Shown here in pieces: positions 15,001 through 26,800 of a DNA stretch of 64,000 bases. The notes under the pieces are model-generated. The model did no database searches and was not told where the DNA came from. It saw only the letters and a program-made list of their open reading frames with translations. Position 1 is the first letter of the stretch. Each line of letters begins with the position of its first letter. Made by a program: the position numbers and the translations under genes. Origin of the DNA: Phoronis australis (taxonomy: Eukaryota > Animalia > Phoronida); NCBI GenBank assembly GCA_002633005.1, contig NMRA01000004.1, positions 1,657,144 through 1,721,143 on the forward strand, in the 5' to 3' direction.

Positions 15001-17219
15001 GGAATGCATCTTTCAAATTTCACAAAGCTCTATCAACGGGTTCAGGAGACTTAGCCACAGACGCACAAAGAAAACAATATCGCCAGCAGGCGGCGACACA
15101 CTTGCTGGACTTGTTCGAAAGTCAATGTAAGTCGTGGCCTTCTCATCAGGAAAACATCTGTAAATTTTCCGAATATGATAAAGGTCCTTTCAGCGGTACT
15201 GCAGAGAGAGACGGACGCCAGGAAACGGACGCAAAAATAACAAAAATGGGTACAGCGCAGCGTAAAATCCGTCGAATTCGTTCGAAAATCGAATGGCATC
15301 ATTACATTCTTATTAAATACCTATTTGCCGAATTTCACGAAAGTCCATCAAGGAACTCCGAACATGCCGGTACAGAGGCAAACGTAAAAACTTAAACTGT
15401 CACTAAGGGGCGCAACGATAGTCGGATCGGCCCGAAACAGTCATCGTCTGTCGTCAGCTGCATAGGAACACACCTGCCAATTTTCAATAAGATCCAGCAA
15501 AATGTTTAGGAGATATAGCTGCGGATGCCAGACACTGGACGCCGGAATCCCAAACGACAATATGCATCTACATAAAAATATGTTGGGCGCATAAAGCGAA
15601 ATTATACCAAAACAACTGGCACTCGATGATGTCTTCATCGGCGTGTGTTGTGCATCGCTGTTGTCAAACGAACAACCGACGATCAGCTGTCTAAATTTGC
15701 TGAGGTAATTTTGAATTTTTGTAAGTGCAGATGAAATCCTTTGACAATCTGAAACAAAGGTTCTTAATTGTTGTATGTAGTGAATCGCGCTCACTCAATC
15801 TTCAACTTGTGGCAATATCCTACAGACACCATCTGCCCTGTTTTAGAAACCTAGACCTGAGACGGATACCCAGAGTTGCCTGCAATAACTCGGGCGGGAT
15901 CTGACTCCGCTGGAGCGGCGTCAGCCTTTTTCGATCATTTACACGGCCCGATCCCCCAGCTGAATAGTAGTTAGTACCCCCTCGGCATTCTACCAAATTT
16001 GCTGGGAAAAGTGGACATTCCAGATTATTGTGTTTAATAAATGCGCCTCATCTTTACTATCAGAAGTTATGTAACAAAAGTAAGGCAGCTCAGAGCAGCT
16101 CTTTTGGCCTAGAGAGAAAACGTGGTTGTGGTTGTGTTTGACCCATGCGACGATTTTTTTGTGGTCATGCACAGTTTTTGGCAGGGGTCGGAGACGAGCA
16201 TAGTTTACCTGCCGTGTGCCAAGTCGATCCAGCAGTCAGCTGGTCTTTTTCTATAAGGACACAGTTGGTGACTCCCAGCTTCGTTAAATGGTACAACACA
16301 CTGCAGCCCATCACACCACCCCCTATAATGACCACGTCTGCACTTGTTGGGACGGGAATCACGTCATCTTTGCCGCCTTCTGAAGTGCTGTTGTGAAATC
16401 AGTACCAGATTTACACCACATATGCCAGAATATATAACAAACGACATGATGCAGTTAGGGAGTGGTTGAACACCTTTGTTGTTTTCGTGTAACTTCGCAC
16501 AAAAACGTAGCATTTCAAGTGATTTTAAAATATGACACAATCAGTTTTCATGTAAAACATGGTCCACTGTTTAAGTTTATGTAGGACCTCATCGACAAGT
16601 CTGTGTCTTTAACCAATACAAATACATGTGTCTACAACATTACAGATTTCAACTCAGTGAAAGTCGATATTTTCTGAAACAAGTAAGAGTGAATGACATG
16701 AATTCGACACAGTTACCAATCTGCCATTGATTGAGTCACATGACCTGATGTCTTTTTCAGTAGTAAAAGTTAGCATGATATAAGGGTACATTGGTATCAA
16801 AACAATGGCATCAATAACACAACTATCGATATAAGTGCTCAAGATGCAATATTTACTGTGTGTACCAGCATCACATTGCATAAAGCCTATCGTCTGAAGG
16901 CTCCATATGAATCCATACAGCCAGCAGTCGATAGGAAACTTGAGTGGTAACGTGTGGAGCATTTTCAAGAGGGTTTTGCTGAATCAACATGGACACACAT
17001 AGACACCCATGTTCCTTTTTTAAAGACAGATGTCAGTATATTGTGTCCAAAATATGGCAAATTTTCAGCGGCACTCTTGAATTTTGAAACGGGGCTTCTC
17101 AGTAAATGTTTTTATAAGCCTTACCTGTAGGGTGCTGCAACTGTAACATTACGGCAGTGTCGATGTGTATTGAAGACCCGTTGAGCCCGTCGAAGACACA
17201 GTCTTGCTTTGGAAATCAT
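1..17219 (-). CDS. SARDH: Sarcosine dehydrogenase, mitochondrial, paralogue A (3' end beyond window start)
   Basis: Manually spliced GT-AG exons: 17125-17219, 16209-16387, 12481-12656, 11714-11893, 10947-11070, 8883-9088, 7926-8055, 7205-7303, 6497-6575, 5461-5602, 4802-4885, 3917-4030, 2469-2607, 1543-1653, 1155-1302, 710-779, 1-116 (partial). Phases are consistent. Arg-rich presequence [16 protein letters not shown]; [10 protein letters not shown] Rossmann motif; STWHTAG (covalent FAD His); [15 protein letters not shown]; GWERPGWF; [13 protein letters not shown]. All match vertebrate SARDH as recalled. Confidence 0.95.
279..654. mobile_element. Non-autonomous DNA transposon (Kolobok-like MITE) with TTAA TSD
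   Basis: TTAA|AAGGATAATAAACC at 275-292 and GGTTTACTATCCTT|TTAA at 641-658 form terminal inverted repeats flanked by TTAA. A related truncated copy lies at 59290-59520. Confidence 0.75.
6983..7032. repeat. 11-bp tandem repeat (cagcttgcgac) x about 4
   Basis: gcgacaagcttgcgaccagctagtgaccagcttgcgaccagcttgggacc. Confidence 0.75.
7137..7215. repeat. 40-bp tandem duplication spanning the SARDH-A exon 8 donor
   Basis: ggtttcgatatcccagaga....ttacataatgtcata occurs twice with period 40. Confidence 0.85.
14440..15550. repeat. Degenerate tandem array of about 120-160-bp units (transposon-associated satellite)
   Basis: The motif c(c)aaatttca...(gatcc)...aagg(g)ttc/aactc...agatacagcc...acg recurs at about 14455, 14572, 14873, 15015, 15161, 15330 and 15478. 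Confidence 0.6.
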
Positions 17220-18595
17220 ACTGCTTCCTGCAATAGTAATTAACTATGCTAGAACTTGGAATAACGCTTGATCTGTTGTATAATCGTATTCAATATGCTT
17301 CTAATTGTTTATGAAGGCAAGAATTACGAGCTGGTTCGTGATGTATAAGGGAAATACACATCAGCCAAATTTAAAACGTCAAAGTTAATATTTCGTGCAT
17401 CCGGTGATGGAAAGTCACGCCGTGGCACATGAACTGATGCTGTTTGCTCTTCCTAAACACATATAATAGCAGGTATCGTTTGAAAAACATTCACAGGCAC
17501 AGTACCTAGATGGTACTGGTATTTGTTACACGAAATGCATGGTTAATTGACCTACTTACTACATTTGGTTTACAAGGCGCGCATGCTGAAATTTATCTCC
17601 AACGCTGTTCTCTGGCTCCAGAAAAAATACCGTTTGTGAGCAAGACGAATCACATGACACACTCGGATACTTGTTTCAACGTTTTCCACCACTCGTTCTG
17701 TGGTCATCCTCAGAATGACAGTTGATATAGTGGACTTGACGTTACAAACATCATTTTGTGGTAACTCATTCGTCGACATGTCGCATATGACATGCATTCT
17801 ATCAAGAGGGCAATCTTCAAAACATGTTGATGCTTTCCACTCAAAGGTCATTGCCCGCGGATCATATAGAAGTGCAAGTTTAGTTCCCAACATCCCTTGG
17901 GCTTATCGTGACCCTTCGGGCGTTTGTTTTCTTCTTGGCAGGACTGGTTGACACCAGTTAACTTTAATCCTCTTATCAACATTTACGCTTTTGTCGTGGC
18001 AGAGGAGATAGGGGAAATTGAATCAAGGGTGAACAGGGATTCACATGGGCGGGACAGCACCGTCAGTGGACCCCCACGATCCATGGAAATGTCCTAATTT
18101 GTGGCTAGTCATCTAACTGTCCTTCATTCACAAACAACTCTCCTATTATATTAATGCAAGTGCGTTTTTTTCAGTTGATCATGAAACTTGTTTTTCCTAC
18201 AAAAACTCTAATAAATCAAACGATCAGTTACCCGCGTTCTCGATCCAAGAAACGAATTTTCGATTCAAACCGCGGACTGTTNNNNNNNNNNNNNNNNNNN
18301 NNNNNNNNNNNNNNNNNNNNNNNNNNNNNNNNNNNNNNNNNNNNNNNNNNNNNNNNNNNNNNNNNNNNNNNNNNNNNNNNNNNNNNNNNNNNNNNNNNNN
18401 NNNNNNNNNNNNNNNNNNNNCCAGCAATAACGAGCTGCCAGCTCTTTCAAAACCCTGAAATCACTTCCCAATTGATTAAGGCCTTGAGACCATTTTCATA
18501 ACGGTAAATAAAACGTTGTTTTTGTGATTGAACACTGAGTTATTACAGCGTTAAAACGGCATTTTCGGTCTGAAAAGAAATTTTTACAGAAGTTA

Positions 18596-18663
18596 GACCT
18601 AGTGTGGCATCGAATCCACTAGCTTTAGAATAGTACGCTCTGCCGCTGAGCCTAATTGAGCTC
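18596..18663 (-). mobile_element. tRNA-derived SINE head
   Basis: The minus strand reads gagctcaatTAGGCTCAGCGGcagagcg...GGATTCGATGCCac: degenerate Pol III A and B boxes without a proper cloverleaf. Confidence 0.5.
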
Positions 18664-21600
18664 CGAATGTCTTGCAGACAACGGTCGGAATTGTTTATTT
18701 GTACTAAATCACAACGGATTCTGTTGTTTTGTAGCTCTGGTCAAAGCTAATAACTTCAAACAGTCCATCCGTCTAACAAAAAAATCTAAAAGTTAAAAAA
18801 ATTGCCATTTGACAAATCCGCTTGGCCACAACAGCCTTATATTCACCATGTGCAGTTGTGAAAAGTGAAGTGAATTCGCCAAACTGCAAAATTGTCATTT
18901 TGACACCATCTTTTGAAAAAATTAAAAAAATCCTTTGAAAGAATTTTAAAAAATCATTTAGCCTATTCAATTACTCAGTTCATTTGACTATTAGGTTAAG
19001 TCACAAACTGGCCAGTTTTCACACTACTACACAAAGAAACTATAGTTAGAATGAACAGCGGGCCATCTGTTTTGCCTCAAGGATACACTAAAATTTAAGA
19101 AAAAAATCACGATTTCGTTGTATATACAAACAGGTAAGTTACCTATTTATTAATGGAACTTGCTCTTGGAATTCTTTTTATTGTGTATGCGAGTAAAAGT
19201 GAAGCGTTACACGCGGAAGATTTTCAATGTAATGGCGAAATGTAGCCAACTGTGGCGACTGTAGCCAGCTTCAAGCGTGTTGCTCTCAGTCTCACAGTTG
19301 AGTGTAATGCGTTCGAGGTTATGTCTCTGGGGCAGGTTCTTTAGCTATGTAGCCACGTTAGAGACCTATAAAGAGAAAATTTGTGACTACATGTACGTAC
19401 TCGCCTGGCTAGTTCTTGAAACCTTATAGGGAATAACAAATAAATTGTCCCACCTTTTTCCACTTCCCTCATTGATTTCTTCTTGCGAACTATAGCCAAT
19501 TTTCGAAGTCGTTATTTCTCGGTGCATCTCATCATCACCAGTTTGTTTTTATCTGAGAAGCCCTCATGAACTTAACTTGCGAAGACCTGCATGCTGTATT
19601 GTTACGTTAACACTTCCGTGTTCTCAATTGACTCGTGGGGCAAATCGTTCGAAAAACTTGATGTCGGGGAGTTATTTTGCATAAACGCCTTTCACTGACT
19701 ATTTGGAATTGCAAAAAAAAATACGAATATCACAAAAGAGTGGAAGTGCAATGTGGAACATACATGTATCTATGGGCGCACTGAGGAGAAATTGGTCGTA
19801 TTATCTATGCGTACTCAGACTAAGGGTGTCTCAATGGTAAGTGAGGGCAAATTTAGTGTTTCTAGCTAGGCCTAGAGCCGGCAGCACATACCTGTCTAAT
19901 TAATGGGTAGACTTCGAGAAGTACTAATAACACTACTCACTCAGAGCACACAAGTTCAACTAGTGACCACATATCTGCTGTTGAAGTGACAGGCTGGTCC
20001 AGTCTACCCTGAATGGTTCCACAGCAGTCAGCAGGTGTCATTGAACCAACCCCAATAAAAAGGGACATTACATAACAGTACAACTCGGCACAGGACGAGG
20101 TTTTCATGTGTTCCGTATTACCGTACATGTATGTCTCAGCGCCACCTATAATGAGGTTTACCGGAACAAGCGCAAAACAAATGCTCCGATACATACATGT
20201 ATAGTGTGCCCCCAGGCAAGTGGAAGTTGGGCGGCAAGTTATATGCAGTAAAACGCCAAAAAAGAAATTAGCAATCTGGCACCCAAGTTTTTAATTGAGC
20301 TGTACTTAAATATCATCAATTTATAAAGTAGGCAACTGAAAAAGGTTTAGCTGCCTCTGTGTCCCACGTTACTCAGTAAAGAAAGTCCTTTTTCTCGGTA
20401 ATTTTGTCTCACGTTATCCTAAAACCATGACGTTTGACGCCTCAAACATTACATCGTTCTGTCGTTCAGTAACTTTTCCAGACGTGGGGGGTGCTGAACG
20501 TGCGATAACATCAGGCTCTTTTGTTAACTGCCCGGCTCAGTCTTTTGTCCCGTATGATAACAAGCAGGCCAATTATCTTCCAGGCTTCAAAGGAAACGTA
20601 TGGTGGTTGCACGCTATTACCGAACACGGCGTACATGTATGAACACAGTCAAACCCACAGTGCGTCCGTTTGGACAGAATAGATTGTCTTATTTTTTGTT
20701 GTAGTTGGGCGATTTTGGTGATTCAAAAACGGAACATGATCAGCATTTGACGAGGAATTCAGAAATGCTATTGGTTTAAGCTCAAATATGTTATGACTTA
20801 ACTTTCATTTTTATCAGCCCAGTCCACTCAGTTTACTGATATGATCTTATCGGAGATTAGAGCAATTATCGAACAAAAGAGCGCAGGCCCTCCAACCTTA
20901 AATGCCAGAATGGAGTTAATCAGTCGTGTAAGATATTTGCTACGGGGGAAAACTTCCCAACTTGTTGTTGGACTATAGAATCGAACAAGTTGGGAGCAAC
21001 GGGATATCGCCGTCATGAGAGGCACGATAAAACCAATGAAACTTAAATATATTTGAGAATGTCCTCAATCTATGATAAAACGCAGTTAAGCTTGTGCAAA
21101 ATTCGATCTAATACAGCGTTCGCATGCCTTCTGCCTGATCGGACGTCTGATCCGTCGTCTGAAGACAGTGAATGCTCGCCAGACATACAAAGCCAACCAG
21201 ATTCCAAAGATGCGACTTGCCCGATCTCCTCCCCCACCGCGCTGCAGTGGCCAAAATAATGTCAAATATATAAACTACAGGTAAAACGGTAGATCGGAGA
21301 CTTTGTCACGCTCGTTTTTTTGAACGTCGCAGGTTTACTGATGCTTAAGACAACTGTGTTGACAACTGAAGGAGCCATGCAGTACGTGGTTTGGCTGAGG
21401 GCCAATAATACCATTAAATCCCCGATCTGGACTGTGATAAAATTAGAGATTAGAAAATTTGTGACAGATCTGTCACCTTACAAGGATAAATTTAATGCAT
21501 TTTCCACCATTCAACTCTTGACCACCGTCGTAAAAAGCCAGGTGTCAGGGTCGATTGAGCATGCGAGAATTTCTGGCCAAGTGAACCTTTTGCCAACAAA

Positions 21601-22504
21601 AAAGCTGGATGACTAAAAAAAAACGGGGTACCGCCTTCAGTACTGTGAAGTGTGCGTCTGTGCCTTTTAAGTGGACTTTTGTCTCGTTTCCTCGGACTTT
21701 TTACTTCTCTGAGGCGGATCTTTTCGCCCATTTCGCCAATGGGGGCTGTCGTTCGAGCCGGCCTCCCTGGGTGCGCGCATGTTGACCAAATATTTTCGGA
21801 TTGCGTGTATTTTTAGCGAATTGGCCTCAAAGTCAGTCTTTCCCAACTGCGGGCAGTATAGATTCAGAACTGAAAGACCACAAGTTTTTCAAGAGGGGCC
21901 TCACAATCTGACATACAGAGTACGTATCACAACTAAGGCGTTCATTTATAAATCTGTGATCGGTTTTTGAGCAATTCGTTGTTTTTTAATCAATAGTTAA
22001 CAAAATGCCCGGAACGGACAGCTTGATCGATCTAGGCCTTTGTTTTTTGAAAGGTACTTGTAAGTCCGGTCGTAAGCTAAACAGGTCACGTGGGCAAGAA
22101 GGCCCGTCATCGCAAACGCGATGCTGTTGACAGCGAACGTTACAACTTTTCATGTCCAAACTGATCTACAACCTTCTTCAATCACGTTAATGAACTGTGA
22201 GCAAATTTTAAACATCGAAGTCAATTACAACCGTTTTACGCTGTACCTAAGACCGGACTATAGGATCATGTTACATTGTTATCCCGGCCGACGAGGATCA
22301 TCTACGAACACGCATGCAGGACATTTTGCCGTCGAAAACTGTGGTTGCCAGGACTAGCCCATACCACGCCCTTAGGTCATCCTAGACTCTTCTCTGTTAT
22401 CACCAGTCCGTAAACCCTTCTTAACAACAACACTTATCACAATCATGAATTCATGTACACAATCTGGAAAGAAAAGAACAAAAAACATAGTATTTTTATA
22501 TAAC

Positions 22505-22510
22505 TTTATT
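22505..22510 (-). promoter_or_regulatory. Candidate distal polyadenylation signal of SARDH-B
   Basis: AATAAA on the minus strand followed by a T-rich tract. It coincides with the edge of the CpG-depleted domain. Confidence 0.4.
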
Positions 22511-23697
22511 ACCGTCACAAGCCTTACTGAGACGTAATGAAGGTTCCATGGCGGACAAAGTAAAGCTAACCTCTTTCATGCTCCACAGATTGACGAAAAA
22601 TTAGTCACAGCGGCTAATCAACATAATTTCAATCTGCAATTGGATGGTTTGGATGAAACAGTGACCTAATTATTGGCCTTTTGAAACCAAAGCCCCCTGC
22701 ATCCATAATAAGTCAGAACTATCAATAACAAACTGGAATGAATCAAGTTACTAATGGTGAATCTTATAAGCATTCAGTGAGCTAAATCAGTCTATGGTTA
22801 TACAATAGGACTAGGAATGCTACCTTACATGTACTCCATGAAAAACAGGTGTCTCAGACAAAAACAGGCCGAGCTGGAAATTGCAGCAGTGAACACACTC
22901 TACAACGTTCACTGCAAAAGGTCCTGTAATACACAAAACATTATTGTTTAAATACAGTGAACAAGGAGTGTAGGTCTGTGACCACATTTCCAAATTGAAC
23001 GCCTGCATATTGCCTATAATTGCCACAAGAAGAAGTCCAGGTTAGCCCAGTCTGACTAGACTTTTTGGGTATGTTAAATCAATAACAAAAAATACTCTCA
23101 AACAATTAAAAAGGAATGTTACCGTTTTGAAAATCCTTTTCAGTCAACTTGTCATATCACTATAAAAGGTATCTTGAACCTTTTTAGTCAATTTCATTTC
23201 CTCAAACCAGAAGCAGTGTGGTCCACTGATTAAGATAAAAAAGTCAACTGGTTCGCATGAGCTGCATTCCCTTCCATCTCAGATCTAATAACTGTACTCA
23301 ATGGACCAGACACCTACAAATTTTCAGTCTCAGCCTCCTTGCATAACAATGTAGGTCTAACCTCAGTAACTATGCCATGAACAGGTAACAACACTAATGC
23401 AACTAGGATGCAGCCAGCATTTGCACTGAGCGGCTCATGTACCACACCTCTGGTTTGAAAAATTGTTAATGGTGTTTTGAAAAAAATCAAATAAAAAGAT
23501 TCAAAATGATTTTCAATTAAACAAGTTTTGCCTTCAAAAATCTAATATTCCCCTTATGAGGCAGACTTTGGCAACGCAAGAAATCGTGCACAAAGTCAAA
23601 CTATGTCGTCTCTTCGATTCAGTATATTTCTTTCACTCTAGCAAGAGAGACTTGGTGGTGACTCTAGCATACATGCATTGGCCAGCAATTATGAAAA

Positions 23698-23703
23698 TTT
23701 ATT
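23698..23703 (-). promoter_or_regulatory. Candidate proximal polyadenylation signal of SARDH-B
   Basis: AATAAA on the minus strand about 180 nt after the stop codon. Confidence 0.35.
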
Positions 23704-23879
23704 CAATAGCACAATGATATGTAAATTACAAAACAGCACAAAACAGAAATACATGCAAATCATGAAACTGTCTCAAACACCATGTTATCTCAGAATGTAT
23801 GTGAGATCAAAGAAATCAGAGTCCAGCCATCTCCCTCATTTCTCAAATTTGGCATCTTCATTCAGTGTCAAGTATGACC

Positions 23880-26800
23880 TCAACTTGAGTAGACCCCTTG
23901 AACTCTGAGGTGTTTGGGGTCAAAGGGCGACTTGGTGTGAAGTGTGGCAGGATACGCAGTACCCATCCTTTCAATGGTGTATTGGCCTAAAAAGGAGTAT
24001 TGAGTAAAAATTAAAAAGTCAGCCATCCCAATTTGCCATGGTGATCAATTGCATTCACTAGTTCACAGTCATCCCAGACATGACCTGTACAGTAGCCAAT
24101 CACAACACACTACTAGGACCCAATCGATGGCTGTGACATCATCAACAGAGTATTCAGTGTGAGTTGACTACTGTAACTCAACACTGACTCAGTTCCATGA
24201 GTGGCTAATTTTGGTGACAAGGCAGTGCATAATTAAGAGTGTAACAAGCAAAGTAGAATTTAAAAACATGAATTTCAAACTGAAAATTACGCTTTACCAA
24301 AAATTTAAAAAGTCTGCAGGCTTGACTTCAACAGCCTAAAATACGGTGAGCCAACAGTACACGCAAAAAATGACCAGACAAAATGATCCGGAGTTCCAGA
24401 GATGACAGCTGAGTGTAAGCAGAAATTATCATAACTCTCGCATCAATGATGCGTTGTGACAGCCGGTCAACGGTATTCTTTCTCATAACTATTGAATGTG
24501 TATTGTAGATACAACCGAATGGTTGTAAAAAGTCACATGAACTACACCTTCCCACTAAAAGAAGCTCTCCTGCTAGAATGCGTTACAAAGTTCTTCCTGA
24601 ACCATAACTGAGTTTGCTTTGTCTATCAACAATGGCTGCACTTTATAGTCTGCCCTGGTTCCTCCAGGTCAATTGGCTAAGACATCCGATTGAAATGTGA
24701 GAAGGAAGTCTCCATTGAGAACCAATCCATTCTCTTAGCCAATTAATCCAGCAGAACTGGTCTATCAAGTGCAGCCAATGAGAAGCTATAGACCCAATTT
24801 GCAAGATCAAGTGACTTTTAGACTGACTGAATGCAATGAAAACAAATAATTCAAAAAGTACCGGATTTCAAGAAATCCAACGTGACTGTCTTCCCTTCAG
24901 GGTGATTCACATATCCATAACCAATTGACTTGCCAAGCGAAAATGCATATTCGCCCCTTCGCAAATACCCGACGACCCGGTTGTCACGGAAGATAGCCTC
25001 TAAACCAAACAATGGCACATGTCTGAAAAATGAAGAGAGATTAATAAAGAAGAGACAGCACCAATATGGCCGACCATGGCTTTCCTACAGCAGGAATATG
25101 CAACTTTAATATTCGTCTTCAACGTTAATTGTACAACGGCACTAAGTTGGCACTTGCGTACTTTTCTTCATATAAATATTTGAAAAGCTAAAAAATTTAA
25201 GGGCATGTAATCAGTTTTAGGGCCAAAAATGCATTTTTGGGATTATTGTTGGTGGGGATATATTTTTAAGATCAATGGCTTCAACCAAAACTATAAAAGA
25301 GCAAAATTCATTTCTTTTTGAGACTTGATTTGAGATTGGTGATGACCAACACTGTCTTCCAGTGATTCGGTAGACCTTACAGCAAAAAGCATCCTAGCAG
25401 CTTCATTATACTGATAATTTGGTGCAAGCCAACACCAGAAAAAAACAGTGCCACCTTCAGAGAAAATGAACAACTATTAGAACGTGTCGACTGCTGAACA
25501 GCCCTCCATTGATTTGTGCCCAAAACTGTGGAACTTAATGGATTATACTCTTCATTTTATTGTTATTAGTACTAGAATATGTGAATTCTTCTAATTACAT
25601 TAAGAAGTCAGATTCCAGGAATTCCATCGTTTGTTTGATGTCACGAAAAATCTGGGTTCCAAAGGCACAACGTAACCTTTAAAAAAAACGCCGAAGCAGA
25701 AACAAGCATATACATTTTCTCCCTTTGGAAAATACACAATTCAGTTGCCGCGCTTTTTCATTTTGGGATTTTGTTAACTAATTATGACACATCAGAGACC
25801 AGGATGACATTATGCCCAGCTTTAATTGGAGGTAAAATTTTGACACTCTGGTCAAAACAACTTACTCATCTATTGTGAAGCAAGCGAGCCTCTTCTTCAC
25901 CCCTTCAGCCTTCTTTCGTTCCATGGCCTCACGACCCAAAAATGGCGTGTCAGTCTTTAGTTTACACGTGAATGCTAAACCTGCCTCGAGGGGTGAGTCA
26001 TCTGGTCTCACGTCAGCATGCCAGTGTCTGTAGCCTGAAATGTATTGAAGATTAAGATGTAATCATGCTACAGTTATAATACTAAATTATAATTAAATAA
26101 TAATAATAACATTATTATAATAATACATAAACATTGTTTTATATTCACTTTATGTATGTTTCATTTTACTTTCTAAAGCAATAGCACACCAAAAGGATAT
26201 TTTGACAATACTAACAACTGAAACATTGCACTCAAATACTACTGTAGTGTATGATGAAATCTCACCAATCTAAGACACAATACACCGTATTCACGCAGTC
26301 GCCATGTTACAAAGATCCTCCTTTTAGATTTTAAAAGACAATGCATTTCACAGTTAATCACAGTGCCAAAATGTGATTTTTTTGCATGCCTCGTTAAATT
26401 TATGTCACAATTGCATTGTTTTTTAAACCTAAAAAGAGGCTCTTTTTTAAAACGGCAACTGGAATAAGGTCTATATGGTCAACAAGTGGAATTTTTTTCA
26501 TAAAAGACCATCAAAACCTATCTTTAAAATTTGTGGGCATTCACAACAATGTGAAAAGACCTTGGAAAATGAAAAATGTTAATTTTGGCTACTATTTTTG
26601 TACTTACTGTATCATCACACTCAATAACTTACTTTTCACTTTATGAGCAACAAGCTCAAGGGTGCGAAATATTCACTAGTCTATAGATAGCTCTGCAGAC
26701 ATATGCACTGAAATAGCCTCACCTTTCTCAATACTCAGAGACTCAATGGCCCTGTAACCTGCATTGACAATGCCATGTTTTTCTCCCTCGGCCATCACAG

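Noticed and set aside
14850-15155. Hammerhead ribozyme cores (CTGATGA on both strands)
   Set aside because: No properly placed GAAA and flanking stems.
18154-18501. ORFs spanning N runs (also 32262-32805, 48794-49035, 61553-62055)
   Set aside because: Artefacts of translating through gaps.
18596-18663. Functional tRNA gene
   Set aside because: Only degenerate A/B boxes; the acceptor and anticodon stems do not form. Better read as a SINE head.
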